A stretch of DNA of 64,000 bases. It comes from Kiritimatiellia bacterium (GTDB taxonomy: Bacteria > Verrucomicrobiota > Kiritimatiellia > RFP12 > UBA1067). Position 1 is the first letter of the stretch, and each line of letters starts with the position of its first letter. The stretch is from the NCBI GenBank assembly GCA_050949565.1, contig JBMNFY010000017.1, positions 736,001-800,000 on the forward strand. The letters are read 5' to 3'. A program made the translations under genes and the position numbers. The notes under the pieces are model-generated. The model was not told where the DNA came from, did not search any database, and worked only from the letters and a program-made list of their open reading frames with translations. Below are positions 48,721 to 58,735 of this stretch, one piece after another.

Positions 48721-48763
48721 TCTAAAAAACCGGAAGGCGTAGCACGGGAGGTGCCACAACGTT

Positions 48764-50317
48764 TCAATGTGCAGGATACGCTCGTGCGGGGGCTTCTGTC
48801 GAGGAAAACTTTAAGGCGGCCGGCATCACGAACAAACTGACCTCGCTGATACAGGGGCAGGCCGCGGCTTGCGTGATGCGAAGACGGATGCGGTCGCTCT
48901 TGACTTTGGGCCCCCGGAAGAGCCGGCACGCGCCGATGCTCTGGCCTTTGGCATAACCGCGCCACTCGCCCTCTTGCCAAACGTCGATCTCGAAGGCATC
49001 CACACGATGGCCGAGTTTGATGTTTTCACGCAGGCGAATCACGTTGAACTCCGAGACGGACTGCAGGGTGAGCGTCAAGGTAGCGTTGGTCACACCGTCA
49101 TCCGTAGCCCAATAGCTGTACCGGTCACCATCAAGCACGCGCGCCGGCGCGAAAGGCGCGATTCCCCCACCCGATGCGGCCGTCGGTGCGGCACGCACCT
49201 GATCGGCGGTGACCCGCGCACCGCGCGCGAGGTCATTCGCGAAAAGCGTTTTCAGCAAGCCGCCGAACTCGTCCAGCGAACGGATATCCGCCGCGCACAC
49301 CAGTCCGTCACGGTCGGGCGCCACGCCAAGATTCATGCAGCCACCCTTACCGACGCTGTTGAAATAGATCTCCATGAGTTGGGCCGGAGTGCGCACGGTA
49401 GCGTCCTCGTTCGGGTGCCAGAACCAACCCTTGCGCAACGGCACGTCACATTCGGCCGGGATCCATGCTGTCCCGTTACGGTGGCCGGCCGGCCCCTCAA
49501 TGTGGTTCATCGTATCGCCGTTGGCCGGACGTGTGGGATCGGTCTTGCCTTTGGGCGTGAAGGTGGCCCAGCTCTCCTCGGCGGCGAAACCTTTCTCGTT
49601 GCCGACCCAGCGGCAGTCCGGTCCCACATCGCCGAAGATGCAGGCCTCGGGCTGAAGCTGGCGCACCAGCCCCCAGGTGGTCGGCCAATCATAGTAGGTG
49701 AAGCGATCGATGTTGCGTTTCTCGCGGGCGCCGCCATAGTAGCCGTCGCCGCCGTTGGCGCCGTCGAACCAGACCTCGAAGAGAGTGCCGTAGCGGGTGA
49801 GCAACTCGCGGAGCTGGCCGTGGTAGATCGGCAGATAGGCCGGTGTGCCGTAGGCCGCACTGTTGCGATCCCAGGGCGAGCAGTAGACCCCGAAACAAAG
49901 TCCGTGCTTCTTGGCGGCGTCGGCATATTCGCGCACGAGGTCGCCCTTGCCGCCGCGCCAAGGCGAGCGCGAGATGTTGTGTTCCGTGGTCCGGGTAGGC
50001 CAGAGGCAGAAGCCATCGTGATGCTTGGCCACCAGAATCACGCCTCGCATGCCGCCGCGCTTGAGCGCTGCCACCACCTGTCCGGCATCAAGCCGGGACG
50101 GATTGAAAAGCGCAGGGTCTTCATCGCCGTAACCCCATTCGCGGTCAGTGTAGGTGTTCAAGCCGTAGTGGATCAGCGCAAAAACCTCGGTCTCGTGCCA
50201 GCGCAACTGGCGCTCGCTCGGCACGGGGCCGTAGGGCGCAGGCGCGTTGGTCTGCGCAGCGGCTGAAACACCGAAACAAGTCAGAAACAGAGAGAATAAC
50301 AAGAACCGGATTTTCAC
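48764..50317 (-). CDS. Alpha-L-fucosidase GH29 with F5/8-type C-terminal domain
   Basis: KHHDGFCLW, WFDGA, ECDVPLRKGWF. Confidence 0.92.
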   Translation of the reverse strand: MKIRFLLFSLFLTCFGVSAAAQTNAPAPYGPVPSERQLRWHETEVFALIHYGLNTYTDREWGYGDEDPALFNPSRLDAGQVVAALKRGGMRGVILVAKHHDGFCLWPTRTTEHNISRSPWRGGKGDLVREYADAAKKHGLCFGVYCSPWDRNSAAYGTPAYLPIYHGQLRELLTRYGTLFEVWFDGANGGDGYYGGAREKRNIDRFTYYDWPTTWGLVRQLQPEACIFGDVGPDCRWVGNEKGFAAEESWATFTPKGKTDPTRPANGDTMNHIEGPAGHRNGTAWIPAECDVPLRKGWFWHPNEDATVRTPAQLMEIYFNSVGKGGCMNLGVAPDRDGLVCAADIRSLDEFGGLLKTLFANDLARGARVTADQVRAAPTAASGGGIAPFAPARVLDGDRYSYWATDDGVTNATLTLTLQSVSEFNVIRLRENIKLGHRVDAFEIDVWQEGEWRGYAKGQSIGACRLFRGPKVKSDRIRLRITQAAACPCISEVSLFVMPAALKFSSTEAPARAYPAH

Positions 50318-50359
50318 ATCATGATCTCCCGTGCGGCGGAGCCCGCAACCCAAACTTTT

Positions 50360-50520
50360 TGAACGCTCAACTTTCAACTTTCAACGCTCAACTTTCAAGT
50401 ACGCCTGCAGAGCAGGCTTTTACACTCGCCGTTGTGAACCACTGCGTGGTCGCAACAATCGATACCGATACCGATAGCGATACCGATAGCGAACTAATGC
50501 ACTAACGCACTAATGCACTA
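50360..50520. repeat. Microsatellite cluster (AACTTTC/AACGCTC 7-mers, GATACC 6-mers, ACTAATGC 8-mers) with the CCACTGCGTGGTCGCAA dispersed repeat
   Basis: Read directly; the last motif also occurs at about 4808, 34656 and 37771. Confidence 0.8.
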
Positions 50521-51686
50521 ACAAACTTCTCCATCCGCTCCATCGCCTCCTTGAGCTGTGTCATGCCGGTGGCGTAGGAACAGCGCAAGAACCCCTCGCC
50601 GCAGGCACCGAAAGCTTCGCCCGGCACACACGCGACATTACACTCGTTGAGCAGGCGCAGGGCAAACTCCTTGGAAGAGAGACCCGTAGACTGGATCGAT
50701 GGAAACACGTAAAACGCACCGCGCGGCATGAAGCAATCGAGCCCCATCTCATTGAGCGAAGCGACGATAAAGTTGCGCCGCAGATGGTAAGCGTCACGCA
50801 TTTCGGCGATGGCGGCATCACCGTGACGCAACGCTTCGAGACCGGCAGTCTGGCTGATCGACGAGGCGCACATCATGCCGTACTGGTGGATCTTCATCAT
50901 GGCGTCAATCAGCGGCGCCGGCGCGCAGGCATAACCCAGCCGGAAGCCGGTCATCGACCACGCCTTGGAAAATCCGTTGAGGAAGATCAGACGGTCGCGC
51001 AAACGCGGAATAGCCGCCATGGAGTGACGTCCGCCCTCGTAGGTCAGTTCCGAGTAGACCTCATCGGAGACCACCAGCAGATTGTGGCGGATCGCAAAAT
51101 CAGCCAGCGCCTCGGTGTCCGAACGGTCGAGCGTGGCACCGGTGGGATTGTTCGGGAAGTTGAGCAGCAGCACGCGGGTGCGCGGCGTGACCTTTTTCTC
51201 CAGTTCTTCGACTGTCAGGCGGAAGTCGTCCTTACGGAACGTCTCGACTGGTACCGGCACACCGTGCGCCATGCGGATAAGCGGCGCGTATGCGACAAAG
51301 CAGGGTTCGTGGTAGAGCACTTCGTCACCCGGCGAGAGGACGGCGCGCATCGCGAGATCGAACGCCTCACTGACCCCGACAGTCACGAGGATCTCGTGCT
51401 GCCAATCATACTCGGCGTGGAATGAGTCACGCATGTACGCGGCCAGTGCTTGACGCAACTCGGGGGTTCCGAGGTTCGAGGTGTAGCGCGTGGCGCCACG
51501 CTCGACCGCTTCGATCGTGCGTTCACGGATGTGCCATGGCGTCTGGAAGTCCGGCTCGCCGATACCGAGCGAGATCACATCTTTACGGCCAACGACAATG
51601 TCGAAAAAATCACGGATGCCGGATTTAGGCAGGCCCCGCACATGCGGCGCCACGAAATCAGGGGCAGACTTGGAGTCGGTCGTCAT
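50502..51686 (-). CDS. Class I/II PLP-dependent aminotransferase
   Basis: GEPDF, PNNPTG, DEVY, FSKAWSMTGFRLG. Confidence 0.93.
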   Translation of the reverse strand: MTTDSKSAPDFVAPHVRGLPKSGIRDFFDIVVGRKDVISLGIGEPDFQTPWHIRERTIEAVERGATRYTSNLGTPELRQALAAYMRDSFHAEYDWQHEILVTVGVSEAFDLAMRAVLSPGDEVLYHEPCFVAYAPLIRMAHGVPVPVETFRKDDFRLTVEELEKKVTPRTRVLLLNFPNNPTGATLDRSDTEALADFAIRHNLLVVSDEVYSELTYEGGRHSMAAIPRLRDRLIFLNGFSKAWSMTGFRLGYACAPAPLIDAMMKIHQYGMMCASSISQTAGLEALRHGDAAIAEMRDAYHLRRNFIVASLNEMGLDCFMPRGAFYVFPSIQSTGLSSKEFALRLLNECNVACVPGEAFGACGEGFLRCSYATGMTQLKEAMERMEKFVSALVR

Positions 51687-52137
51687 GGGATTCACTTTCC
51701 ATCAGGACACCTTGGTCCTTGTAGGTTTTCAGCATGAAATGGGTGGATGTCGAAAGCACGCCGTCGAGAGGGGCGAGCCGTGCACTGACAAAATTCGCGA
51801 CCTCCTGCAAACTCGCGCCTTTGACGATGAGCAACAGGTCATAGGCACCGGACATCAGGTACATAGATTCGACTTGCGGGAATTTACCGATGCGCGCGGC
51901 CACGCGATCGAAGCCGCCCTCGCGCTCTGGGCGGACGCGCAGTTCGATCACGGCCTTTACGCCGCAGGTATCAAGCCGGTCGGTGTTGAGCAACGCCTGA
52001 TAGCCGCGGATCACGCCTTCTTCTTCGTAGGCGGCAATACGCGCGCGCACCTCCTGCTCGCTGATACCAAGCAATTTGGCGAGCGTCGCGTCAGATTCGC
52101 GGGCGTTTTTTTTCAGCAGTTCAAGCAAAGCATCCAT
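51658..52137 (-). CDS. Lrp/AsnC-family regulator
   Basis: N-terminal HTH, GVIRGY, MSGAYDL. Confidence 0.9.
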   Translation of the reverse strand: MDALLELLKKNARESDATLAKLLGISEQEVRARIAAYEEEGVIRGYQALLNTDRLDTCGVKAVIELRVRPEREGGFDRVAARIGKFPQVESMYLMSGAYDLLLIVKGASLQEVANFVSARLAPLDGVLSTSTHFMLKTYKDQGVLMESESHDDRLQVCP

Positions 52138-52205
52138 GGCAACTCACCTTCCTGATTTAAGAATAGCCCTCAGTTTAGCGTAAAATGGGCAACGGTGGCA
52201 AAGGT

Positions 52206-52688
52206 TTAGAGGACCTCGACCTGATCAATCTCGGCAGTCACCGCCACTGCCTGCCCGATCATGTCTACGTTGAGCACCACTTTCAGCGCTCCGGCCAACC
52301 GTGCAACGCGCCCCTCGACACCGCGGAACGGACCGTCGGTGATGCGTACCAAGCGTCCCGCCGTCAGCGGCTTGGCGGCTTCAAGCGCCGGATTGGCACG
52401 CAGCGCGCGCCGCACCATTACCAGATCACGCAACATACGGCGCGGGAATTCCGGCTCAAGAATACGCACCAACAGATTGGTCTTGAGCAGCGCGAGACGC
52501 CGGTCGGGCGTAACGCGGGCGAAGACATAGCCCGGAAACACCGGTAAACGGACCGTAACTCTACGACGTTGCGTCATGCGCGTTTTTTCACGGAGCGGCA
52601 AATAGTACGCGATCCCGTAGAGTTGGCAGTATTCGGCGACCTTCTTTTCGGTTCGAGGTTTTACAAAGAGGACCTTCCAGTATTGCAT
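52206..52688 (-). CDS. NusG paralogue (RfaH/UpxY-like antiterminator)
   Basis: W.VL..KPRTEKK, PVFPGYVF, KOW motif GPFRGVEG. Confidence 0.85.
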   Translation of the reverse strand: MQYWKVLFVKPRTEKKVAEYCQLYGIAYYLPLREKTRMTQRRRVTVRLPVFPGYVFARVTPDRRLALLKTNLLVRILEPEFPRRMLRDLVMVRRALRANPALEAAKPLTAGRLVRITDGPFRGVEGRVARLAGALKVVLNVDMIGQAVAVTAEIDQVEVL

Positions 52689-52882
52689 ACACGGCCTATC
52701 ATAGGCTCTAAGGGCGGAGTTGGGCAATACCGGTTTCGGATTTCTGTTTTTTTGGTTTAACTCGGAGCTTGTATTCCCACCTAGGATGGGGTTTAATTTT
52801 ACATTCTTTCGATTCTAATCAGGTGTCAAGTAAACGCAACGCGTCCAGCGACGGTCGGTGGGCGCGGGACGTAAGGTGAGGA

Positions 52883-55261
52883 GTGGAACCGATGCGAATG
52901 TTTATTCGTGCGTTGGCGGCGGTGGTCGTGTTTTCGGCCGCGTGTGTGATGGGTGCCGAAACCCTAGTGAAGGATGTGTCAGTCCGCGTGCTGGACCAGT
53001 TCGGAACTGATGCGACGGACGTGCTTTCTTTCTGCAGTGTGCAGCCGGGAGCGAGCCTGTCGCAGGAGGCGCTCTCCAAAGATGTGCGCGCGCTACTGGA
53101 CACCGGGCGTTACGGATATGCGGGCGTTGAACTGGAGAAGGTCGAGGGCGGCGTGCGCGTGATTTACGTGGTGAGACGTCGCCACCGTTTCCAGGAACCG
53201 CTGTCCATCAAAGGTGCCGAGTACCTGAGCGAGCGCAAGATCCGCAAGCTTTCCGAGTTGAAGAGCGGCGACTATATCGACGAGCCGATCCTCGCCTCGA
53301 AGGTCTCGAAGATCCGTGACGAGTACGTGAAGAAATTCTTCCCGAACGTCCTGATCGGCGTCGAGATCCAGCCGATTCCGAACAGCGCCGGCGCGGCGAA
53401 TGTGGTTCTGACCATTGAAGAAGGCGAGCGCGCCAAGGTACGCAAGTACCGCTTCACCGGCAATGTCTCGATCCCTGATAAGGACCTGCGCTCCTCCTTC
53501 GGCCAACGCCCGTGGTACGACCCGCGTGGCTGGTTCACCGACACCCCGGTCTCGGCGCAGGACCTCGAGGATGCGCGTCAGATGGCCGAGGACGTCTACA
53601 AAAACGCCGGTTACTTGGATGCGCGCGTGGCGGCACCGACCATGGAGAAGGTCGGCAAAGAGAGAGTGGATGTGGTTTTCGCCGTCACCGAGGGTGACCT
53701 GTACACGGTCGAGTCGACCGCGATTCGCGGCGTGAAGCTCTTCCCCGAAGGCGCAGTGCTGGCAGCGGGCGAGCGGCTCAAGGTGGACGCGATCGCCGGA
53801 CAGCAGACAATCGACGACGCGGCTAAAGACATCCGCGATTACTACGGTTCGCGCGGCTACGTGGATACCGCCGTGCGCGCGCTCAAAGAGACCGTGCCGG
53901 GCAAGCCGGGACGCATGGCGATCACCTACGAGGTGCGCGAAGGCGAACTGGTCCACATCCGTAACATCGTGATCCGCGGCAACAACAAGACCAAGGACAA
54001 GGTGATCCGCCGCGAGGTGCTGGTCAGCCCCGGCGAGATCATGAATGAGCCGCGCATCGAACGCAGCGAGAACCGCCTGAAGAACTTGCAGTATTTCAAG
54101 AGTGTGCGCCACTACTCCGAGCAAACCGACAAGCCCGGCGTGCGTGATCTGGTCTACGAGGTCGAAGAGCAGCGCACCGGCAACTTCATGATCGGCGCGG
54201 GCGTGTCCAGCATCGACAACGTGGTGGGCTTTCTGGAGATCACCCAGAGCAACTTCGATATCCTGAACTGGCCGAACTTCACAGGCGGTGGACAGAAGGC
54301 GCGTTTGGGCGTGGAAGTCGGTTCGCGCCGTCAGACGGCCGAGGTCTCTTGGACTGAGCCTTGGTTCTTGGACCGCCCGCTGGCGTTGACTGTCGAGGCA
54401 TATCGCCGCATGCGCTGGTATGACCAATACGACGAGATCCGCACCGGCGGATCGATCGGGCTCTCGTACCCCGTCAAGATCGGCCGCGTCGGTATGCGCT
54501 ACACGCTCGAGTTGGTCGAAATGGATGACGTCAGTAACAGCGAGTGGTACGCCGACCCCGAGGGCATGGAATCTGTTGTGCCTGACACCTGGGATGGCGA
54601 CGCCGACAAGTATTTCAAGTGGCAGGAAGATGAGTTCGGTGATGACCTCAACAGCGTGTTGCGTCTCTATTGGGCGCACGATACGCGCGACCATGCCTTC
54701 ATCCCGACCAAGGGTTACCAGACGACAGTCTTCGGCGAGGCCTCCGAAAGTGGTCTTGGCGACAGCGAGTATTACAAACTGGGTGCCAACTACCGCCACT
54801 GGTTCCGTATGCCGTGGTACAAGCATGTGCTGAGTCTGCGCGGACGCATTGAGACGGTCGACGCCTACGGCAATGACGAAGTGCCGATCTACGAGCGGCT
54901 CTTCCTGGGCGGCCCGCGCACCGTACGCGGTGTTGAATACCGTGACATCGGCCCCAAGGTGTTCCGCGGCAACGGCGGTAAGAGCCACGCGCCGATCGGT
55001 GGCGAGACGCTGGCCCTGGTCTCGGCCGAATACACGATCCCAGTCTTTAAGGCGGTACGCTTCGCGACCTTTGTGGACGTGGGCTCAATCGGCGAGGATG
55101 CCTTCGACCCCGAACTGTCCGACGTGTGCGTAACGGCCGGCGTGGGCATCCGCATCGATATCCCGGGCTTCCCGATCCGCTTCGACTTCGCGGTGCCGGT
55201 GGTTGATGACGACGACTACACCGACGACGAGGTCTTCTCGTTCGCGATCGGCTTTGAATAA
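52883..55261 (+). CDS. bamA: Outer membrane protein assembly factor
   Basis: POTRA repeats (GNNKTKDKVIRRE); TVRG loop; terminal aromatic strand. Confidence 0.95.
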   Translation: MEPMRMFIRALAAVVVFSAACVMGAETLVKDVSVRVLDQFGTDATDVLSFCSVQPGASLSQEALSKDVRALLDTGRYGYAGVELEKVEGGVRVIYVVRRRHRFQEPLSIKGAEYLSERKIRKLSELKSGDYIDEPILASKVSKIRDEYVKKFFPNVLIGVEIQPIPNSAGAANVVLTIEEGERAKVRKYRFTGNVSIPDKDLRSSFGQRPWYDPRGWFTDTPVSAQDLEDARQMAEDVYKNAGYLDARVAAPTMEKVGKERVDVVFAVTEGDLYTVESTAIRGVKLFPEGAVLAAGERLKVDAIAGQQTIDDAAKDIRDYYGSRGYVDTAVRALKETVPGKPGRMAITYEVREGELVHIRNIVIRGNNKTKDKVIRREVLVSPGEIMNEPRIERSENRLKNLQYFKSVRHYSEQTDKPGVRDLVYEVEEQRTGNFMIGAGVSSIDNVVGFLEITQSNFDILNWPNFTGGGQKARLGVEVGSRRQTAEVSWTEPWFLDRPLALTVEAYRRMRWYDQYDEIRTGGSIGLSYPVKIGRVGMRYTLELVEMDDVSNSEWYADPEGMESVVPDTWDGDADKYFKWQEDEFGDDLNSVLRLYWAHDTRDHAFIPTKGYQTTVFGEASESGLGDSEYYKLGANYRHWFRMPWYKHVLSLRGRIETVDAYGNDEVPIYERLFLGGPRTVRGVEYRDIGPKVFRGNGGKSHAPIGGETLALVSAEYTIPVFKAVRFATFVDVGSIGEDAFDPELSDVCVTAGVGIRIDIPGFPIRFDFAVPVVDDDDYTDDEVFSFAIGFE

Positions 55262-55321
55262 GGACTTGATGGCAGACGGGCGGATTGACCGCCCGCCTGC
55301 CGTGGATTAGGGAGGATACGT

Positions 55322-55924
55322 ATGAAAAAGATGATGGTGATGCTGGCGGCGGCGCTGACCGCGTCCATGATGCTGGCACAGGAAAAGACCGCAGTGGTCA
55401 ACATGGTGGATCTGGTGCGTTTCCACCCGAGTCGCGAGCGCGACCGTAAGTTGATGCAAGATACCGAAAAAGAGTTTCAGGCCAAGCTCGACAAACAGCG
55501 TGACCGCTTCGAGGAACTGCGCGACGATTATGAGAAGGCGGTTAAGGAAGCGCGCAACCCGGCCCTCAATGAAAAGGCCAGGGCCGAGGCCGAGGACAAG
55601 GCCATGAAGCACCGCGACGTGCTGGCCGAAGCCGACCGAGATCTGCGTCAGGAGATGCAAAAGTTGCAGCGCGAACTAGGAGACCTTGATGCGCGCCTGT
55701 TGCGCCAAGTGACCGGCGACATCCGCGAGGTGTTGACCAAGTACGCGCAGGAGACCCAAACCAGTATCATCCTTGATGGTACGACTATGGCCTATTTCGA
55801 CCCCAAGTTGGATGTGACCGATGAGGTCCTCAAACGCATGGGCGTAGATCCCAAACTGCGCAAAGAAGCGCAGGAAAAGGCTGACAAGGAGCACGCCGAA
55901 AAAGCCGCTGCCGACAAGAAATAG
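55322..55924 (+). CDS. skp: Skp/OmpH chaperone
   Basis: Signal peptide, coiled coil, DVTDEVL; synteny. Confidence 0.88.
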   Translation: MKKMMVMLAAALTASMMLAQEKTAVVNMVDLVRFHPSRERDRKLMQDTEKEFQAKLDKQRDRFEELRDDYEKAVKEARNPALNEKARAEAEDKAMKHRDVLAEADRDLRQEMQKLQRELGDLDARLLRQVTGDIREVLTKYAQETQTSIILDGTTMAYFDPKLDVTDEVLKRMGVDPKLRKEAQEKADKEHAEKAAADKK

Positions 55925-56008
55925 TTTTGGAAACGACCGTAAAGAGCAGAGGGCACAGAGAAAACCGTTCTTCTCTGTGCTCTCTTGATTTTAAGAAGGG
56001 GTGTTGTA

Positions 56009-57043
56009 ATGACCGTCAAAGAATTATCTGAGCGACTGGGTGGCGAACTGTCAGGTGACGGCTCGCTGAAGGTCTGCGCATTGGCCAGCCTGCCGGAGGC
56101 GCGCCCCGGCGATGTGTCATTCGTAAAGGATGCGAAGTACGCCCGCCAAGCGGGCACCACGCGCGCGAGCGCGGTGCTGGTGCCGCTTGACTGGCAGGGC
56201 GAGTGTTCGGCACCGGCATTGGTCAAGGTAAAAGATCCAGACGCCGCCTGCACACAGGTGGCCCAATGGTTCGCGCCGCCGCCTGTCGTTCGTGCCCCCG
56301 GCATCCACCCCACCGCCGTAATCGCGGAGGATGTCAAACTCGGACGGGATGTGCACATCGGGCCTTGGACGGTGATTGAGGCGGGCGTCGAAATCGGCGA
56401 TGGCTCAGTGATCGAAGCGCAAGTCTTCATCGGCCAGCGTGTCCGAATGGGTGAAGGCTGCCACCTCTATCCGCAGGTCACCGTTCGTGAAGGTTGCCTG
56501 CTCGGACGGCGCGTAGTCCTGCACTCCGGCGTGCGCATCGGCGGCGACGGTTACGGATACAACCCCGTGCCTAGGGCAGACGGTTCGATCTCCGTAGAGA
56601 AGATCCCGCAACTCGGCATCGTCGAACTGGGCGATGACGTGGAGATCGGCTGTAACACAACGATTGATCGCGCACGCTTCGGACGCACGCGTATCGGCAA
56701 TTCCACGAAGATCGACAATCTGGTGCAGATCGGCCACAACGTGCAGATCGGCGACTACAGCGGCGTCATCGCGCAGGCCGGCGTGGCCGGCAGCACGCAT
56801 ATCGGATCGGGTTGCCTGATCTGGGCGCAGGCCGGCCTCTCCGGTCACCTCACGATCGGCGACCGTGCACAAGTCGGTCCCAAGAGCGGCCTCTCCAAAG
56901 ATGTCCCGCCCGGCGAGTATGTGCTTGGCCTGCCCGCCCTGCCCAAACGCGAATTCGCTGCCACATTGCTGCTGCCGCGCTTGGTCGAAAAGCTCAAGGC
57001 GCGCATCGAGGCACTGGAAGCGCGACTGGGAGCGCGGAGCTAG
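56009..57043 (+). CDS. lpxD: UDP-3-O-acylglucosamine N-acyltransferase
   Basis: Hexapeptide repeats; KIDNLVQIGHN; synteny. Confidence 0.95.
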   Translation: MTVKELSERLGGELSGDGSLKVCALASLPEARPGDVSFVKDAKYARQAGTTRASAVLVPLDWQGECSAPALVKVKDPDAACTQVAQWFAPPPVVRAPGIHPTAVIAEDVKLGRDVHIGPWTVIEAGVEIGDGSVIEAQVFIGQRVRMGEGCHLYPQVTVREGCLLGRRVVLHSGVRIGGDGYGYNPVPRADGSISVEKIPQLGIVELGDDVEIGCNTTIDRARFGRTRIGNSTKIDNLVQIGHNVQIGDYSGVIAQAGVAGSTHIGSGCLIWAQAGLSGHLTIGDRAQVGPKSGLSKDVPPGEYVLGLPALPKREFAATLLLPRLVEKLKARIEALEARLGARS

Positions 57044-57304
57044 CATTTAGCCCGCCGCGCGGCTTCGCCGCGAAAAAACCTTGGAATAAGTTTAGGACAT
57101 GATTACATGATTAACATGATGTTGTTCAATCCTGAAAATCATGTAAATCATGTAATCCTGTCAATTTATAGGTAAGGATTTAGGATTTTTTAACTTCTGC
57201 GTTCAGAAGCGGCGGTGTAACCGCCGTGACCGCGCCTCTTGTCTCATGTCTCTCGTCATCAGGACGGTAGTAGTATGCTCCCTTTTCTTTCAAGGATGCA
57301 ACAC

Positions 57305-58735
57305 ATGCAAAAACAACAAAACGTGAAACGCGGTGTCTGGACTGTGGCGGTCGTCAGCCTGGCACTCGGCGCGCAGGCAGTCACGGTCATCAACCAGACC
57401 ACTAAACAACTCCTGTTTTATGACGACTTCGAGTCCGCGCCAGCGGCCAGCAGCAGCGCCCACCCCGACACGAGCGGCGACTACGATCCGGTGGCCACGG
57501 TCGTGCCGGGAAGCAGTTGGCTGATTAATGAAACCGGCCCGACCAACATTCAGGTCACCGCCTACCGCGGCAACGGCGTGAACGATCCGGCGCGCCCCCC
57601 GCAGGGGACGAACTACCTGCGTGTGGTCCGGCACTGGGATGCTGCTCCATCTGAGGCCACGCTCGTCCTGCCTGCCGTCCAGAACACCCCGGGCGACAAG
57701 ATTCATCTTGAAATGCTGGTCTGGATTCCGCGTCATCCCAATTGGGGTGCGTTCCGGTTTTCGTTGCTCGGCTCGGATGCCAACTCTAGGGTCAACGTGG
57801 CGGTCGAGACGAATAGAGTCGATACGGGAGACGTTCAATCCCAAGCCATGGCCGGCGGTCACTACAAAATCGACGGGCTCACCTATCGCGTGGAGACTTG
57901 GCAGAAGTGGGAAGTCGATTATGTGATCGGTGCTACCACATTTACGATCAGCGTTGACGGGAACAAGAAAACCGTGAGCACTAGGCTCGATGGCGGGGAT
58001 GTCGCCTCGATCCGCTTCCGCAACGAATGGGCGGGAACCAACCTTCGGTTCTACCTGGACGCCACGGGATATGACGGCAAGTCGCAGAAATCGCTGACGC
58101 TCTTCCGCGACGGCTTCGAACGATGCATTGTGGGCAGCGTACCGGCCCTGACCGACCCGGAAGTCGGCTGCTATGACACAGCGGCGGGGGTGGTTGTGCG
58201 CACAGGTGCCACAAGCGGGGGGCCGACGGCGGCCTACAGCGGCGCAAACTACTGCGAGTTCACCGGCTCCCACTCGCTGAACTGCATGTTCCTCGGCGGT
58301 GCTTTTCCGCCGAACGTGCAGAAGTTGCGTACGCGGTTTAGGATTTGGTACCCCTATGACGGAGTGTCCGCCCACGGCATCACCAAAAGTGACGCGCTCA
58401 GCAGCGCCAACTGCTTGGTGTTTAACAAGTTGACAGGCTATGGCTATGAATCCCATGACGGTACGAAATGCCAGTGGATCTCGCCCGGCACTTACTCCGT
58501 GCCGAAAAACAGATGGGTTCCGATTGAGATGGTTTGGTACCCGACCCGCCAAACCGTCTGGGTGACCTTAGACAACGGCGCGCCGATCCAAGCGCATCTG
58601 TACGGCGCGGTTCCCGATGTCCTAGACCGGTTCCTTTTCAAGACCCAGACTGGCGAAAACAATAACCGCTTTGGGGTAGATGACATCGAAGCGGAGTGGG
58701 TGTACAACCCCGGCACGCTCATTGTTTTTCCGTGA
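57305..58735 (+). CDS. Secreted protein with two beta-sandwich/lectin-like repeats and a PGTLIVFP tail
   Basis: Signal peptide; two LF.D.FE-initiated modules. Confidence 0.65.
   Translation: MQKQQNVKRGVWTVAVVSLALGAQAVTVINQTTKQLLFYDDFESAPAASSSAHPDTSGDYDPVATVVPGSSWLINETGPTNIQVTAYRGNGVNDPARPPQGTNYLRVVRHWDAAPSEATLVLPAVQNTPGDKIHLEMLVWIPRHPNWGAFRFSLLGSDANSRVNVAVETNRVDTGDVQSQAMAGGHYKIDGLTYRVETWQKWEVDYVIGATTFTISVDGNKKTVSTRLDGGDVASIRFRNEWAGTNLRFYLDATGYDGKSQKSLTLFRDGFERCIVGSVPALTDPEVGCYDTAAGVVVRTGATSGGPTAAYSGANYCEFTGSHSLNCMFLGGAFPPNVQKLRTRFRIWYPYDGVSAHGITKSDALSSANCLVFNKLTGYGYESHDGTKCQWISPGTYSVPKNRWVPIEMVWYPTRQTVWVTLDNGAPIQAHLYGAVPDVLDRFLFKTQTGENNNRFGVDDIEAEWVYNPGTLIVFP

Noticed and set aside
50318-50377. 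Extended N-termini in the ORF track (fucosidase, speE, 45696 ORF, pilin 1)
   Set aside because: The extensions run through repeats, promoters or upstream genes; downstream starts fit the RBS and signal peptides better.
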